Under the pieces are notes generated by a model. It saw nothing but the letters and a program-made list of their open reading frames with translations, did not search any database and was not told where the DNA came from. Positions 50,875-60,529 of a stretch of 61,180 bases of DNA are shown piece after piece (the stretch's first letter is position 1; each line of letters starts with the position of its first letter). Position numbers and translations under genes: made by a program. Source of the DNA: Nitrospinota bacterium (lineage in GTDB: Bacteria; UBA8248; JACPRG01; G963555815); assembly GCA_046758845.1 (NCBI GenBank), contig JBHIBA010000001.1, positions 1-61,180 on the forward strand. Reading direction: 5' to 3'.

Positions 50875-52836
50875 GTGTTCTCCCTTTTCAAACTCCGCTC
50901 CCGAAAGGACGTCCTTCTCGCCCTCGCGCTCCTGGCCGTCGGGCTCCTTCTCTTGCGGGCGCCCGTGGGAGAGGCGCCCCATCTGCCGGTAACCAAGGCC
51001 CGGGTGGTCTTCATCCAGCACGCAGCCGTCATTCTCTGGCTTGCCGTGTGGTGGGCGGCCATGCTGGTCTACCTGCGGCTCCTTTTCGGCCGGGAGGATT
51101 TTCGGGAAAGCCTGGGTCCGGGCATCCGAACCGGGCTCACCTTTCACCTGGGCCTGCTCCTGTTGGATTTCCTTGTTGATGCGGGCCGGGGCCGCATCCC
51201 GCTGAGCTGGCTCTTCTACACATACGTCCAGATCGTGACGCTGGCAGGATTCGGCGCTGTCGCTTGGTGGGTCTCACGTCACTGGACCGCCAGACCAATC
51301 GGCCAGAAAGTCAAGCGAGCGGAGATCGAGAGCCGCCTCTGCGCGCCCCTGGCGCTTCTTCTCCTTTGGTCTGTTGTCCAGACGGCCTGGGAGCGGCAGT
51401 TCCTCGTTCTTGGCCTTCTTCTCCTGGTCTACGCAGCGTTCTGGGAAGCCGGGTTCCGCAAGGCAGGCGCGGGCGCCACGACCGGGTGGGAATCTGACCG
51501 CTGGGAGCGCCGCTATCGACACGTCGCGCGCCGGTTTTCCCGCGAGACCGCCTTTGTAATCCCCTTGTTCCTCCTCTCCTTTCTTATATCGCTCTTTACG
51601 GTCTACGAGGTCACCCAAGGATTCACTAAATTCTACGAGTACTTCTACGGGCTTTATCTGAACTGGGCGCGGGACTTGCTGGCCGGCCGGCCGGTCTCTT
51701 CGGGCGAGGCCACGGGATACTGGGTATTCGTGGCGGCGGTCTTCCGGCTTTTCGGCGACAACAAGATCGCCCTTCAACTCGTTCAGGTCTTGATTAACGC
51801 GGCGATCCCGCTTCTCGCATACGACGTCGCCCGAAAGCTGGCGCCGAAGGGGCCGGCGCGCTTGGCCGCGCTGCTTCTGACTTTCAACTTCATCCACCTG
51901 TGGGACGGGGTCAACTTCCACTGGTCCCTCCTGGTGACCTTCTATTCCCTTATCGCCCTGGCCGCGTTCCTGCGTTTCAGCGAGTCAGGCTCAAAAATGC
52001 GGTGGGGCTATTTGGCGGTCTCCGGCCTCGCCTTCGGTCTCCTGGTGGCGGTGCGTCTTGAGAATGTTTTCTTCATGCCCGTCTTCTTGTGGTGGCACTG
52101 GAGGAGAAGGCGCCGCGAAAGCGGGAGGGTCCGAGTCCCCGTCGGGACGCCGAAGGTGGCCGCCGTCTTGGTCCTCTTCGCCTTTCTGGGCGGCGCCCCC
52201 TTCGCCGGCGTCAACTACTTCAACATGGGGACTCTCTATCCCGTCAGCAACAAGGAGGGAAAGGTGGGCTCGCAGTACGCCCTCCAAGACATCTGGACCC
52301 AGTACTACCACTACGTCCTGCCGGTGGATTCGCACCCCGTTACCGCGCCCGCCCGGGCCTGGAAGGAGATCAAAAAAGACCCTTTGGGATTCGTCGCCCG
52401 CCTGTTCCTCAAAGGGGGAATGGAAACCCCGTGGCCCGGCGATAGCGTCGTAGAACGGCTGGGCAATGGGATGGCCGTCCTGTTCTCCACCACCCGATGG
52501 TCGTACTTCGATATTTTCTATTTTCGGATGCTCAGCCGCTGGCACCTGTATTTGAACTTTTACGCGGTCCTCCTGGCGGCTGTGGGAATCTGGGTCCTGG
52601 CCAAGGACCCCCGCCCCCACCCCTTCTGGTGGGCCGTCAACGCCTACCTTGTGGCTCGTTATTTCATGCACGTCGTCCTTACAATTCACCCGGAAGGCTC
52701 ATACCGCTACGCGAGCCCGTTTCTGCCCTTCGTCTTGATTTACGTCGCTGTGGGGATCTGGACAGTCTGGAGGGCTCAGCGACCCGTTTCCACGCGGCCA
52801 GGATTTATGCAGCCGGACCGGACGCCCGCCGGTTAA
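50875..52836 (+). CDS. large polytopic membrane protein, GT-C-like glycosyltransferase candidate
   Basis: 653 aa with >=12 TM. The middle region (YWVFVAAVFRLFGDNKIALQLVQVLINAAIPLLAYDVARKLA) resembles PMT_2/ArnT-type enzymes. GTG start is uncertain. Confidence 0.55.
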   Translation: MFSLFKLRSRKDVLLALALLAVGLLLLRAPVGEAPHLPVTKARVVFIQHAAVILWLAVWWAAMLVYLRLLFGREDFRESLGPGIRTGLTFHLGLLLLDFLVDAGRGRIPLSWLFYTYVQIVTLAGFGAVAWWVSRHWTARPIGQKVKRAEIESRLCAPLALLLLWSVVQTAWERQFLVLGLLLLVYAAFWEAGFRKAGAGATTGWESDRWERRYRHVARRFSRETAFVIPLFLLSFLISLFTVYEVTQGFTKFYEYFYGLYLNWARDLLAGRPVSSGEATGYWVFVAAVFRLFGDNKIALQLVQVLINAAIPLLAYDVARKLAPKGPARLAALLLTFNFIHLWDGVNFHWSLLVTFYSLIALAAFLRFSESGSKMRWGYLAVSGLAFGLLVAVRLENVFFMPVFLWWHWRRRRRESGRVRVPVGTPKVAAVLVLFAFLGGAPFAGVNYFNMGTLYPVSNKEGKVGSQYALQDIWTQYYHYVLPVDSHPVTAPARAWKEIKKDPLGFVARLFLKGGMETPWPGDSVVERLGNGMAVLFSTTRWSYFDIFYFRMLSRWHLYLNFYAVLLAAVGIWVLAKDPRPHPFWWAVNAYLVARYFMHVVLTIHPEGSYRYASPFLPFVLIYVAVGIWTVWRAQRPVSTRPGFMQPDRTPAG

Positions 52837-54445
52837 GCCGGGCGCGAACCTGGGCCACCACGCCCTGGACTTCCGGAACGCCCAAGCCGAAGACAAGCCC
52901 CGCATAGACGACGCCCGAAACCCCGACGGCTCCCATCAGGACGGAGGCCTTCCAGAGCGCGGTTGGCTCGCCGGCCGGCCAGAACCACTGGAAAAGCAGG
53001 GCGGCCGCGCCCATCAGGACCGCCGCGGTCAACGAGCGCCGGCTGGACGGGCTCCAGAAAATGCCCTTCAAAGGGAAGGACCCCTTCAGGAAGTGGACGT
53101 GGACGCCGATCAAGACCAATTGTCCGAGGGCGTGAGCGATGGGGATGCCAAGGTAATCGAAAAGCCAGGCAAACAGAAAATTCCCGACGATGATGGTCCC
53201 TTGGGCGGCGCAAAGCCCGAGGACGACGACGCGGGTCCTTCCAAAGGCGTGCTGGGTATTGGTGAAGAGCATCTTGTACCCCAGGGGGACCAACGCCGTG
53301 GAATAGAGAACCAGGGACCACGTGGTCCGCACGGCATCTTCCGCTCCGAAGGCCCCCCGCTGGAGCAGCAGGCCGACGACCAATCCGCCGATCGTCATCA
53401 TTCCGATGGATATGGGAAGAAGAATCAGGACAAGCGCGCGCGAGGCCTGGAAGAGAAGCTCTCTGAGGTCGTCCAGGCGTTCGGCCACCTTCCTCCGAAC
53501 CAACTCGGGGAAGACCACGTTGGGCAGCGGGATCGTGAACAAGGCGGAAGCCGCCAGGAAGATCCGCTCCGCATAAGCCAGCGCCGAGAGGCTACCGGGG
53601 GCCAGGAGGGAGGCCACGAACTTCGTGGAAAGGACCTGCCCCTGTGTGAAGGCCGAACTGATGAAAAACTGGCAGACCCGGCGGACCGTCTCCAGAAACT
53701 CCGGCTGGCGCAAATCGAGAACCGGCCGGTAACGATACCCGTGCCTCACCAGCGCCAGTCCCAGGGCGAGCAGAAACGCCGCCGGACCGGCGAGGTTCCC
53801 GAGGATCCACGCGTCCAGGCCCATCGACGGAGCGAGTGTCCCCACGAAAAGGACGACTCCCAACGACGGAAGCAGGCTGAAGGCCGCCGGCAGGACGAAC
53901 CGGTTGAGAGCGTTCAGCGAGATGACCAGAACCCCCGAAAGGGTGTGGGCGACGAGAGTGAAAATCAGAAACCGCAGCACCCGGACGCTCATCGCCCAGG
54001 TCGCCTCGTCGAACCCAGCGCCCACCGCGCGGACGATCCAAGGCGCCAGGAAAAACCCCAGGGCCGCCACGCCGACATCCAGCAGGAGCACGAAGTTCAG
54101 CAGACTGCTGAGAAGGCGCCAGGAGGCTTCCGCCGAGACCTCTTTTCGGACCCGGAGGAAAACCGGGAGAAAAACGCTCGGCAAAGGGCCGCTTTGGAGA
54201 AGATGCGCCAAGACCAGTGGAATCGATTGAGCCAGGAAGAAGGCGTCGGTGAGTCGCCCCGCTCCGAAGTGATAGGCCACCAGGGCGTTGGAGACGAGCC
54301 CCAAAACCGCGCCCAAACCCGAAATGAACGTGACCCCGCCGACGGACCGGGCGGCGCGCCAGGGGTACCCGCCGCCCTCCACGTCCTCGCCGCTCCCGCC
54401 CTCGAAGCCGCCCGCGGAAAGGATCTCCTCCGGCCGATCCTTCAC
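52805..54445 (-). CDS. MurJ/MviN (MOP superfamily) flippase-like protein
   Basis: ...GLGAVLGLVSNALVAYHFGAGRLTDAFFLAQSIPLVL... is the MurJ N-terminal signature, with 12-14 TM. Start set at GTG 54445, giving a GTGA overlap with the upstream stop. Confidence 0.75.
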   Translation of the reverse strand: MKDRPEEILSAGGFEGGSGEDVEGGGYPWRAARSVGGVTFISGLGAVLGLVSNALVAYHFGAGRLTDAFFLAQSIPLVLAHLLQSGPLPSVFLPVFLRVRKEVSAEASWRLLSSLLNFVLLLDVGVAALGFFLAPWIVRAVGAGFDEATWAMSVRVLRFLIFTLVAHTLSGVLVISLNALNRFVLPAAFSLLPSLGVVLFVGTLAPSMGLDAWILGNLAGPAAFLLALGLALVRHGYRYRPVLDLRQPEFLETVRRVCQFFISSAFTQGQVLSTKFVASLLAPGSLSALAYAERIFLAASALFTIPLPNVVFPELVRRKVAERLDDLRELLFQASRALVLILLPISIGMMTIGGLVVGLLLQRGAFGAEDAVRTTWSLVLYSTALVPLGYKMLFTNTQHAFGRTRVVVLGLCAAQGTIIVGNFLFAWLFDYLGIPIAHALGQLVLIGVHVHFLKGSFPLKGIFWSPSSRRSLTAAVLMGAAALLFQWFWPAGEPTALWKASVLMGAVGVSGVVYAGLVFGLGVPEVQGVVAQVRARLNRRASGPAA

Positions 54446-55863
54446 CTCAACCCCAGGATGGAAAAAGCGCCCCGAAACAGCCCGAGCGCACGGTCCACGT
54501 CCGAGGCCATCCAGAGGGTGACCGCCAACAAAAGGACGGGCGCGGCAAGCCAACCGGGACGGCTCCTGCAGGTCCGGGCGGCCGTCCAGAGACCGGCCGA
54601 GGCCGCCAACAGGAGAAAGGGCTCAAAGAAGAGCCGGAACCGGGGATGGCCGTAAAACAGAAGCGCAATTGCGTTGAAATACAAAACGCCGACCCATAGA
54701 AGGCCGACCCCGGGCAAAGACCGGGCCGCCCAAAGACCCAAGATCGCATAGGGAAGGATGAGCCCATACCCCAGAAAGAACTCCTGCCCGATGGGGTTCC
54801 AAAGAAGGACGAGCTTGCGGAAGAGAAGTTTCGGAACTCGGCGCGGATAGCTCAGCAGGAAATCAAAGCCCTTGGCCCTCTCCTCTTTGTCGGCATCCGC
54901 CTCCAGCAGTCCAACCGCCGGGTGGCGCGCTTCGATGGCGCGGACCTCGCGGGCGTGGGCGCGAACGATCGCCTCTCGCTGCGCCAGGTAGGCGGTTTGG
55001 CGCTCACTCAGCCCGGGCTGCCGGTCCTGATCCTGCGGGTTGACCGGGGCCCAGCCACCCCGCGCCGTGGGGTTGTTCGATTCCCAGAAAACGTGGCCGC
55101 CTTTCGTGCTGTAGACAAACCGTCCGTGGACGAGATAGTTCCTGACCAACCAGGGGGCGAGGCAGGCCATGAAGACGAGGAGCGCGAGCCCCAGCCGCAA
55201 TCCCTTCCGCCGCCAAGACCCTTCAGAGAAGGCCGCGAGATAACCCAGGACAAACCCGAAGAACAAACCGCCCGCCCCCTTGGTGAGGGCGGCCGCCCCA
55301 AGGGCGAGCCCCAGACCCGCCGCCCGACCGGCCGTCGGCCGCTCCACCAGGGCCGAGGCGCGCTCCATCGCCAGGACGATCGTGAAGATGAATACAGTCT
55401 CGGTCAGGATGAACCCCGGTCCATAGTACCAGAGGAACGCCGGGTAGACGGCGGCCAAAAGCCCCCCCAGAAGGGCCACCGGCCGCGCCAGAATCCGGTT
55501 CCCCCAACGGAACAGAAGCCAGACGGTCAACGCGCCCAAAAGCGCTTGAAAGATTCGGACCGGCGCGAACCACCGGCCGAAGACCGAGTAGAAACCGGCC
55601 AGCAGAAGCGGATAGAGGGGGAGGCGATCCGAGCGGCGGAGCGTCCCCTCGTGAATCAACTGGTACCCCTTTCCGGACAGAAGGTTGACGGCGTATCCGT
55701 CGTACTCCACCCCGTCGGAGACCGGCGGCGCGTTTCCGCCGGCGACTGCAACCCAAAGACGCAGCGCCAAGGCCAGAGAGAGGACCCCCGCCACCCACCA
55801 TCGGCTCGAAAGCCAGCCGCTCGCTTCCGGCCGAGTCTGCAACCGGCGGGTGCAAGTGTTCAT
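54442..55863 (-). CDS. GT-C fold glycosyltransferase (family 39, ArnT/PMT-like)
   Basis: 473 aa. ...DGVEYDGYAVNLLSGKGY..., ...RLPLYPLLLAGFYSVFG..., ...ALTKGAGGLFF... is the PMT_2 pattern. Confidence 0.75.
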   Translation of the reverse strand: MNTCTRRLQTRPEASGWLSSRWWVAGVLSLALALRLWVAVAGGNAPPVSDGVEYDGYAVNLLSGKGYQLIHEGTLRRSDRLPLYPLLLAGFYSVFGRWFAPVRIFQALLGALTVWLLFRWGNRILARPVALLGGLLAAVYPAFLWYYGPGFILTETVFIFTIVLAMERASALVERPTAGRAAGLGLALGAAALTKGAGGLFFGFVLGYLAAFSEGSWRRKGLRLGLALLVFMACLAPWLVRNYLVHGRFVYSTKGGHVFWESNNPTARGGWAPVNPQDQDRQPGLSERQTAYLAQREAIVRAHAREVRAIEARHPAVGLLEADADKEERAKGFDFLLSYPRRVPKLLFRKLVLLWNPIGQEFFLGYGLILPYAILGLWAARSLPGVGLLWVGVLYFNAIALLFYGHPRFRLFFEPFLLLAASAGLWTAARTCRSRPGWLAAPVLLLAVTLWMASDVDRALGLFRGAFSILGLR

Positions 55864-55913
55864 AACGCGCGCAGTATATCAACCGGCGGAAGGGGAAACG
55901 AGGGAGGGGGTCG

Positions 55914-56975
55914 TCAGGAGAAAATCTTCTTCAGCAGATTGCGGTTCTCGACCACCCAGGCGTGGAGCCGACGGACGCCCTCGGCCGTTCCGACCTTGGG
56001 CGTCCAGCCCAGATCCCGGGCGGCGCGGCGGACGCCACACACGAAGACCCGCTGGTCTCCGGGCCGCCACTCGTCGAAGGAGTACTGGACTTCCCTGCCG
56101 TTCAGCTCCCCCAACATGCCCAAAAGGTCCAGGAGAGAAAGGACATTTTCCGGTCCGCCGCCCATGTTGTACACCTCCCCCGACACGGCATCCGGATGGT
56201 CGATGGCCAGGGCATAGGCGTCCACGAGGTCATCGATGAACAGAAGGTCCCGGACTTGTTTGCCGTCCCCGTAGATGACGAGGGGCTTTCCCAACACGGC
56301 GGCAATCGTGAACCAGGCCACCCAGCCCTGGTCTTCCACGCCGAACTGCCGGTAGCCGTAGATGCAGGACTGGCGGAAGACGACGGTTTTCATGCCATAG
56401 ATCCGGGCGTAGTCGCGCACGTACTGGTCGGCCGCGCCCTTGGAGCATCCGTAAGGAGAATGAAAATCCAGGGGCTGTTCTTCCGGGACGCCACTCCGAA
56501 GGTCCCGGTAGGCGTAGCGGCCGTTTCGCTCCTCGACGGCGACTTCCTCCATCCCGCCGTAGACCTTGTTGGTGGAAGCGTAAATCACGATGGGGTCGCA
56601 CGGGGCCTCGCGGACGGCCTCCAGAAGGTTCAATGTCCCCAGGGCGTTGATCTCAAAGTCCCCTCTCGGGTCGGCGACCGATGTCGTGACGGCCACCTGG
56701 GCGGCCAAATGCAGGACGGCGTCAAGGCTCCGGTGCCCGCCGATGGCCCGCCGCATGGCCTCGGCGTCCCGAATATCCGCCTCGATGAATTCAAAGTCCC
56801 CCTGCTCGCGCAGCCAGGCCAGGTTCAGCTCCGTCCCCTTGCGCGAGAGGTCGTCCACGAGCACGACCCGGTCTCCCCGCTCCATAAAGCGGCGAGCGGC
56901 GTTGCAGCCGACAAACCCCGCTCCTCCTGTAATCAAGATCTGGCTCAAGACGATTTCCTTCTGCGTCCAGGACAA
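55914..56975 (-). CDS. NAD-dependent sugar epimerase/dehydratase (extended SDR; CDP-paratose 2-epimerase-like)
   Basis: ILITGGAGFVGCNAARRF Rossmann motif, YGCSKGAADQY catalytic YxxxK. The ORF starts with TTG 56975; a downstream TTG 56948 (AAGGAA RBS) is more likely. Confidence 0.85.
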   Translation of the reverse strand: MSWTQKEIVLSQILITGGAGFVGCNAARRFMERGDRVVLVDDLSRKGTELNLAWLREQGDFEFIEADIRDAEAMRRAIGGHRSLDAVLHLAAQVAVTTSVADPRGDFEINALGTLNLLEAVREAPCDPIVIYASTNKVYGGMEEVAVEERNGRYAYRDLRSGVPEEQPLDFHSPYGCSKGAADQYVRDYARIYGMKTVVFRQSCIYGYRQFGVEDQGWVAWFTIAAVLGKPLVIYGDGKQVRDLLFIDDLVDAYALAIDHPDAVSGEVYNMGGGPENVLSLLDLLGMLGELNGREVQYSFDEWRPGDQRVFVCGVRRAARDLGWTPKVGTAEGVRRLHAWVVENRNLLKKIFS

Positions 56976-56982
56976 AGAAACC

Positions 56983-57005
56983 GCGGCTTTTCATCACAAA
57001 GCCGC
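56983..57005 (-). terminator. hairpin with U-rich tail between the O-antigen-ligase and epimerase genes (weak terminator/attenuator candidate)
   Basis: GCGGCTTT-TCATCAC-AAAGCCGC is a perfect 8-bp stem. On the minus strand it is followed by GGUUUCUUUGUCC. Confidence 0.3.
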
Positions 57006-57012
57006 GCGTTGC

Positions 57013-57244
57013 GAAAATCTTGGCAGTGGGTCAGTTTGGAACGGATTAAGCCCCGTACGCAGCTTTGCCCACGGCTCTGTCATCATTTGGTGTAGCCCCG
57101 ATCTGAGCGAGGACCCAGGTCCGAGCGGAGATCGGGGCGCGCCCGGCCGCGATTTCCGCGTGGGTCGGTGACCCTCGCTCAAATCGCGGCTACAACGGAG
57201 GAAGGCGGGGTCATTCAGCAAACTGACCCACTACCAAGATTTTC
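57013..57244. repeat. 232-bp nested inverted-repeat element (MITE-like or structured RNA)
   Basis: Outer arms 57013..57038 and 57219..57244 are 25/26 complementary. Inner arms 57092..57112 and 57173..57193 are 19/21 complementary. Further 9-10-bp inverted repeats lie inside. The region is intergenic. Confidence 0.6.
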
Positions 57245-57272
57245 TGTCTCTAGCACGAGGCAGAATAAAGTG

Positions 57273-58571
57273 TCAATTTCCCGCGGGGATCTTCGGCGAA
57301 GAGCCCTGCTTCCCCCAAGCGGCCCTCGCGTCCCGAGCCGCCGCAAAAGGAAGCGACATAAGGAAGTAGACCATCATGACGACTTCGGAATCCCCGAAGT
57401 TGTACTCGAAGAAGCCGGCAGCCAGAAATGCGGCAATGGCGGACAGACTCGCCGCCATGAGCTCTGTCCCAGGACTTCTCCCTTCCTGACGGAGAAGCCC
57501 CCGAAGCGCCCCGCCGCCGCGGCGGAAGAAGGCCACCCAGATCCACACCCAAACGGCCAATGCGGGCAGGCCCCGTTCGACCCCCAGTTGGACCGGATTG
57601 GAGTGGAGGTGCCCGGTCCGGGGCCTTTTGACGCCTTTCATCCGGTAACGGGGGTAGATCGGCTTGACCATGTCCACGCCGATCCCGAGGATGGGGTAGT
57701 CGCGCATCATGTGCAGTCCGGATTTCCACATCCGAAGGCGCTCGCCCGAGGCCTCCTCATCGAACCGCACCGTCAACAGGAGCCGTTCTTTCAGATCCTT
57801 TGGCCCCGCGAAGTAAAGGCCGACCGCCGCCACAGGCAGCACCCACAGCCATTTGGCCCGCCCGTGAAGAATCAGAAGCACGATGACACCCACCGCCAGA
57901 CCGATCCACGCTCCCCGCGTCAGGGAAGCCAGTATTCCCAATACCAGGATGGCCGATGCGGCGACGCCGAAAACGCGCTCCCGTCCAGCGACACCTCGCC
58001 CAACAGCCAGAGAGAGGGCGGGAACCGTTGCCAAAAGAAGGACGCCCGAAAACGTCTGGAAGTGACCCAACGTCCCGTGCGGCCTGCGGGCCAGCGCATC
58101 TCCCTCGCCGAGGAAAAACTGGGCCATTCCGAGTATCGCCGTGCCCGCCGCCACGATGACGAAAAGATGCAGCGCCCTTCTGGCCCACGTGGAATCGGGC
58201 GCGGCCCCCAACGCCCAATAGAGGATCAGAATCTGGAACAGCTGTTTGGAATCCACAAGGCTGCGCGGAACGTCTTCGGAGAAAAAGGCCGAAAGAAGCG
58301 TCAGGAACGCGAAAAGCGACAGGGGAAGCCAGAGGGGCCGGCCGGGAGAGAACTGCCGCTTGTCCCCTTTTCTCCGCTCAAGAGTCCAGGCGACCGCTCC
58401 GGAAAGGATCCCGATGGCCACACAAATCTGCGAGAGGCTGATGGAGACGGGATCGAGCGCGACGAAGGCCACCAAGGCCCATCGCGTAAGGCGAAGGCTC
58501 CAGGCCAAGAGCGTGTCCTGCGGCGACGACTCTATCGCGAAACTTCCTCCTTCAGCGCTGCCAGCCCTCAC
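57273..58571 (-). CDS. O-antigen ligase/polymerase family (Wzy_C) membrane protein
   Basis: 432 aa polytopic protein. ...SLTRGAWIGLAVGVIVLLIL... and ...HLHSNPVQLGVERGLPALAVWVWIW... are typical of WaaL/Wzy-type proteins. Confidence 0.8.
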   Translation of the reverse strand: MRAGSAEGGSFAIESSPQDTLLAWSLRLTRWALVAFVALDPVSISLSQICVAIGILSGAVAWTLERRKGDKRQFSPGRPLWLPLSLFAFLTLLSAFFSEDVPRSLVDSKQLFQILILYWALGAAPDSTWARRALHLFVIVAAGTAILGMAQFFLGEGDALARRPHGTLGHFQTFSGVLLLATVPALSLAVGRGVAGRERVFGVAASAILVLGILASLTRGAWIGLAVGVIVLLILHGRAKWLWVLPVAAVGLYFAGPKDLKERLLLTVRFDEEASGERLRMWKSGLHMMRDYPILGIGVDMVKPIYPRYRMKGVKRPRTGHLHSNPVQLGVERGLPALAVWVWIWVAFFRRGGGALRGLLRQEGRSPGTELMAASLSAIAAFLAAGFFEYNFGDSEVVMMVYFLMSLPFAAARDARAAWGKQGSSPKIPAGN

Positions 58572-58879
58572 GCCCTTAGCCCCGCGATTTGATCGAGAGA
58601 CGCCCTGACCTCACGGACCCACAACCCGTCGCAAGCATTGTAATCGGCATGGGCAGACAAACCAAAAGGCGAAATGGCAGAGAAGGAAGCCGCCGAGCGC
58701 TGCGGATCAGCCCGGAGTGCGGATTTCTCATCTTAATTCCCCAACAAGAGCCGCTGGGCCGCGTCTGATAATATGATCGAATATGAGGTGTGAGAGAATC
58801 CACATCTACCCCGATGCGGACAATCGTCAAAGACGGCGGGTGTGGCAACGTCTGGATGCTCTCGAAGGAAGGGGGGGTG

Positions 58880-59515
58880 ATGAACGAAACCGGGGCAGTG
58901 GAAAATCAGATAAAGGTCGTCGGCATATCGGGAAGTCTCAGAAAAGGAAGCTACACCGGATTGGCCACCGAGACCGCCCTCCGCGGCGCAAAGGAGGTAG
59001 GGGCCCAGACCCAACTGATCGACCTGCGGCAATACCACCTCATCTTCTGCGACGGAAAAGAGGACGAGAGCTCCTACCCCGACGATGTCTTCAAGCTGCG
59101 AAGGGAAGTCCAGCAGGCCCAGGGCATCATCCTTGCCACCCCTGAATACCACGGCGGCTTCAGCGGTGTTTTGAAGAACGCGATGGACCTGATGGGATTC
59201 GATGAATTTGAAGGGAAGATGATAGGTCTCGTCGGGGTTTCCGGGGGAAAGATGGGCGCTTTCAACGCCCTGAACAGCCTGCGGGGCATCGGGCGGGCGC
59301 TTCACGCCTGGGTCATCCCCGTGCAGGCATCCATCCCCCAGGCTTGGGAAGTGTTCGATGGCGATGGGAGGATGACAGACAAGGACTTAGAGAATCGGGT
59401 CATGGAGGTGGGGCGCCAAGTGGCCCGCTTTGCATTTCTTCACACTTCGGAGAAAGCGCTGGAGTTCCTCAGCCACTGGGAATCGGCGCCCGTGAATCCG
59501 GGTGGCGGGTCCTGA
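58880..59515 (+). CDS. NAD(P)H-dependent FMN reductase family protein
   Basis: IKVVGISGSLRKGSYT...ATPEYHGGFSGVLKNAMD... Start set at ATG 58880 after a G-rich RBS. Confidence 0.85.
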   Translation: MNETGAVENQIKVVGISGSLRKGSYTGLATETALRGAKEVGAQTQLIDLRQYHLIFCDGKEDESSYPDDVFKLRREVQQAQGIILATPEYHGGFSGVLKNAMDLMGFDEFEGKMIGLVGVSGGKMGAFNALNSLRGIGRALHAWVIPVQASIPQAWEVFDGDGRMTDKDLENRVMEVGRQVARFAFLHTSEKALEFLSHWESAPVNPGGGS

Positions 59516-59632
59516 AACCATGGCGGAAACCCAGGTGGATAATCTGATCGAAAATGGCCGGCGCCGTGCCAAAGGGGTCTGAGACTCCGCCGGGAGCCGC
59601 CCGCGGCAAGCCTGTCGGCAAGCTTCAAACCC

Positions 59633-60529
59633 CTAGCGGTAGGAATGCGCGTCGGTCGGGAACTCGCCCGAGGCCACCTCCTCCACATAGCGAGAAACCG
59701 CCTCTTTCGCCTGCCGGCCCAGGGGAGCGTAGACTTTGGCGAATTTGGGCGTGAAGTCCTCATACAGACCCAGCAGATCCTGAAGGACGAGGATCTGCCC
59801 GTCGCAATGGGGACCGGCCCCAATGCCGATGGTGGGGACGTGAACCGCGTCGGTGATCTTTTTCCCGAGCGCGCCGGGAATCCCTTCCAAAACGATGGAA
59901 AAAGCCCCGGCCTCCGCGACCGCCAAGGCGTCCTCCAGAACCTGTTCGGCGTCTTGCCCGCGTCCCTGAACCTTGAACCCCCCGAGGCGGTGGACGGCTT
60001 GAGGGGTGAGGCCAACGTGCCCCATGACCGGGATGTTGGCGCCGGCCAGCGTCCGAATGGTTTCCGACACCTCCACCCCGCCTTCCAGCTTCACGGCCTC
60101 CGCTCCCCCCTCCTGCACCAAACGGCCCGCGTTGGTCAACGCCCGGTCCACGATTCCGTGATACGAAAGGAAAGGCATATCGGCCACGACCAGCGCGCGG
60201 GGATCGGCCCTGGACACGGCTTTGGTGTGATGGACCATGGCCTCCATGGTGACGGCGACTGTGTTGGGCAGACCCATGATCACCATGCCGAGAGAGTCCC
60301 CGACCAGGATGACGTCCACCCCGGCGGCGTCCACCAATCGGGCGAAGGTATAGTCGTAAGCCGTGATGGCGGCGATCTTCCGATGGCCGTTGCCGAATAG
60401 GTCTCCGTTCCCAGCCCTGTCCGAAGGCATCAAGGCGGGCCGTTTCCTGTTGTCCCGGCTCCCGGCCCCCGGCGCCCGCTTTCGGGCCAGAATGTCGGCG
60501 ACTGTGACCTTGGGCCTGGCGCTCTCCAT
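59633..60529 (-). CDS. panB: 3-methyl-2-oxobutanoate hydroxymethyltransferase
   Basis: ITAYDYTFARLVDAAGVDVILVGDSLGMV..., VVADMPFLSYH, AVKLEGG, IPVMGHVGLTPQ, GGFKVQGR. Start at Met23 (ATG 60529). Confidence 0.9.
   Translation of the reverse strand: MESARPKVTVADILARKRAPGAGSRDNRKRPALMPSDRAGNGDLFGNGHRKIAAITAYDYTFARLVDAAGVDVILVGDSLGMVIMGLPNTVAVTMEAMVHHTKAVSRADPRALVVADMPFLSYHGIVDRALTNAGRLVQEGGAEAVKLEGGVEVSETIRTLAGANIPVMGHVGLTPQAVHRLGGFKVQGRGQDAEQVLEDALAVAEAGAFSIVLEGIPGALGKKITDAVHVPTIGIGAGPHCDGQILVLQDLLGLYEDFTPKFAKVYAPLGRQAKEAVSRYVEEVASGEFPTDAHSYR

Noticed and set aside
53093-58592. Long plus-strand ORFs 53093..54655 (520 aa), 54922..56217 (431 aa), 55962..57095 (377 aa), 57168..58592 (474 aa)
   Set aside because: Each is antisense to a membrane or SDR gene with clear family signatures. 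They are highly charged, low-complexity translations typical of GC-rich antisense frames.
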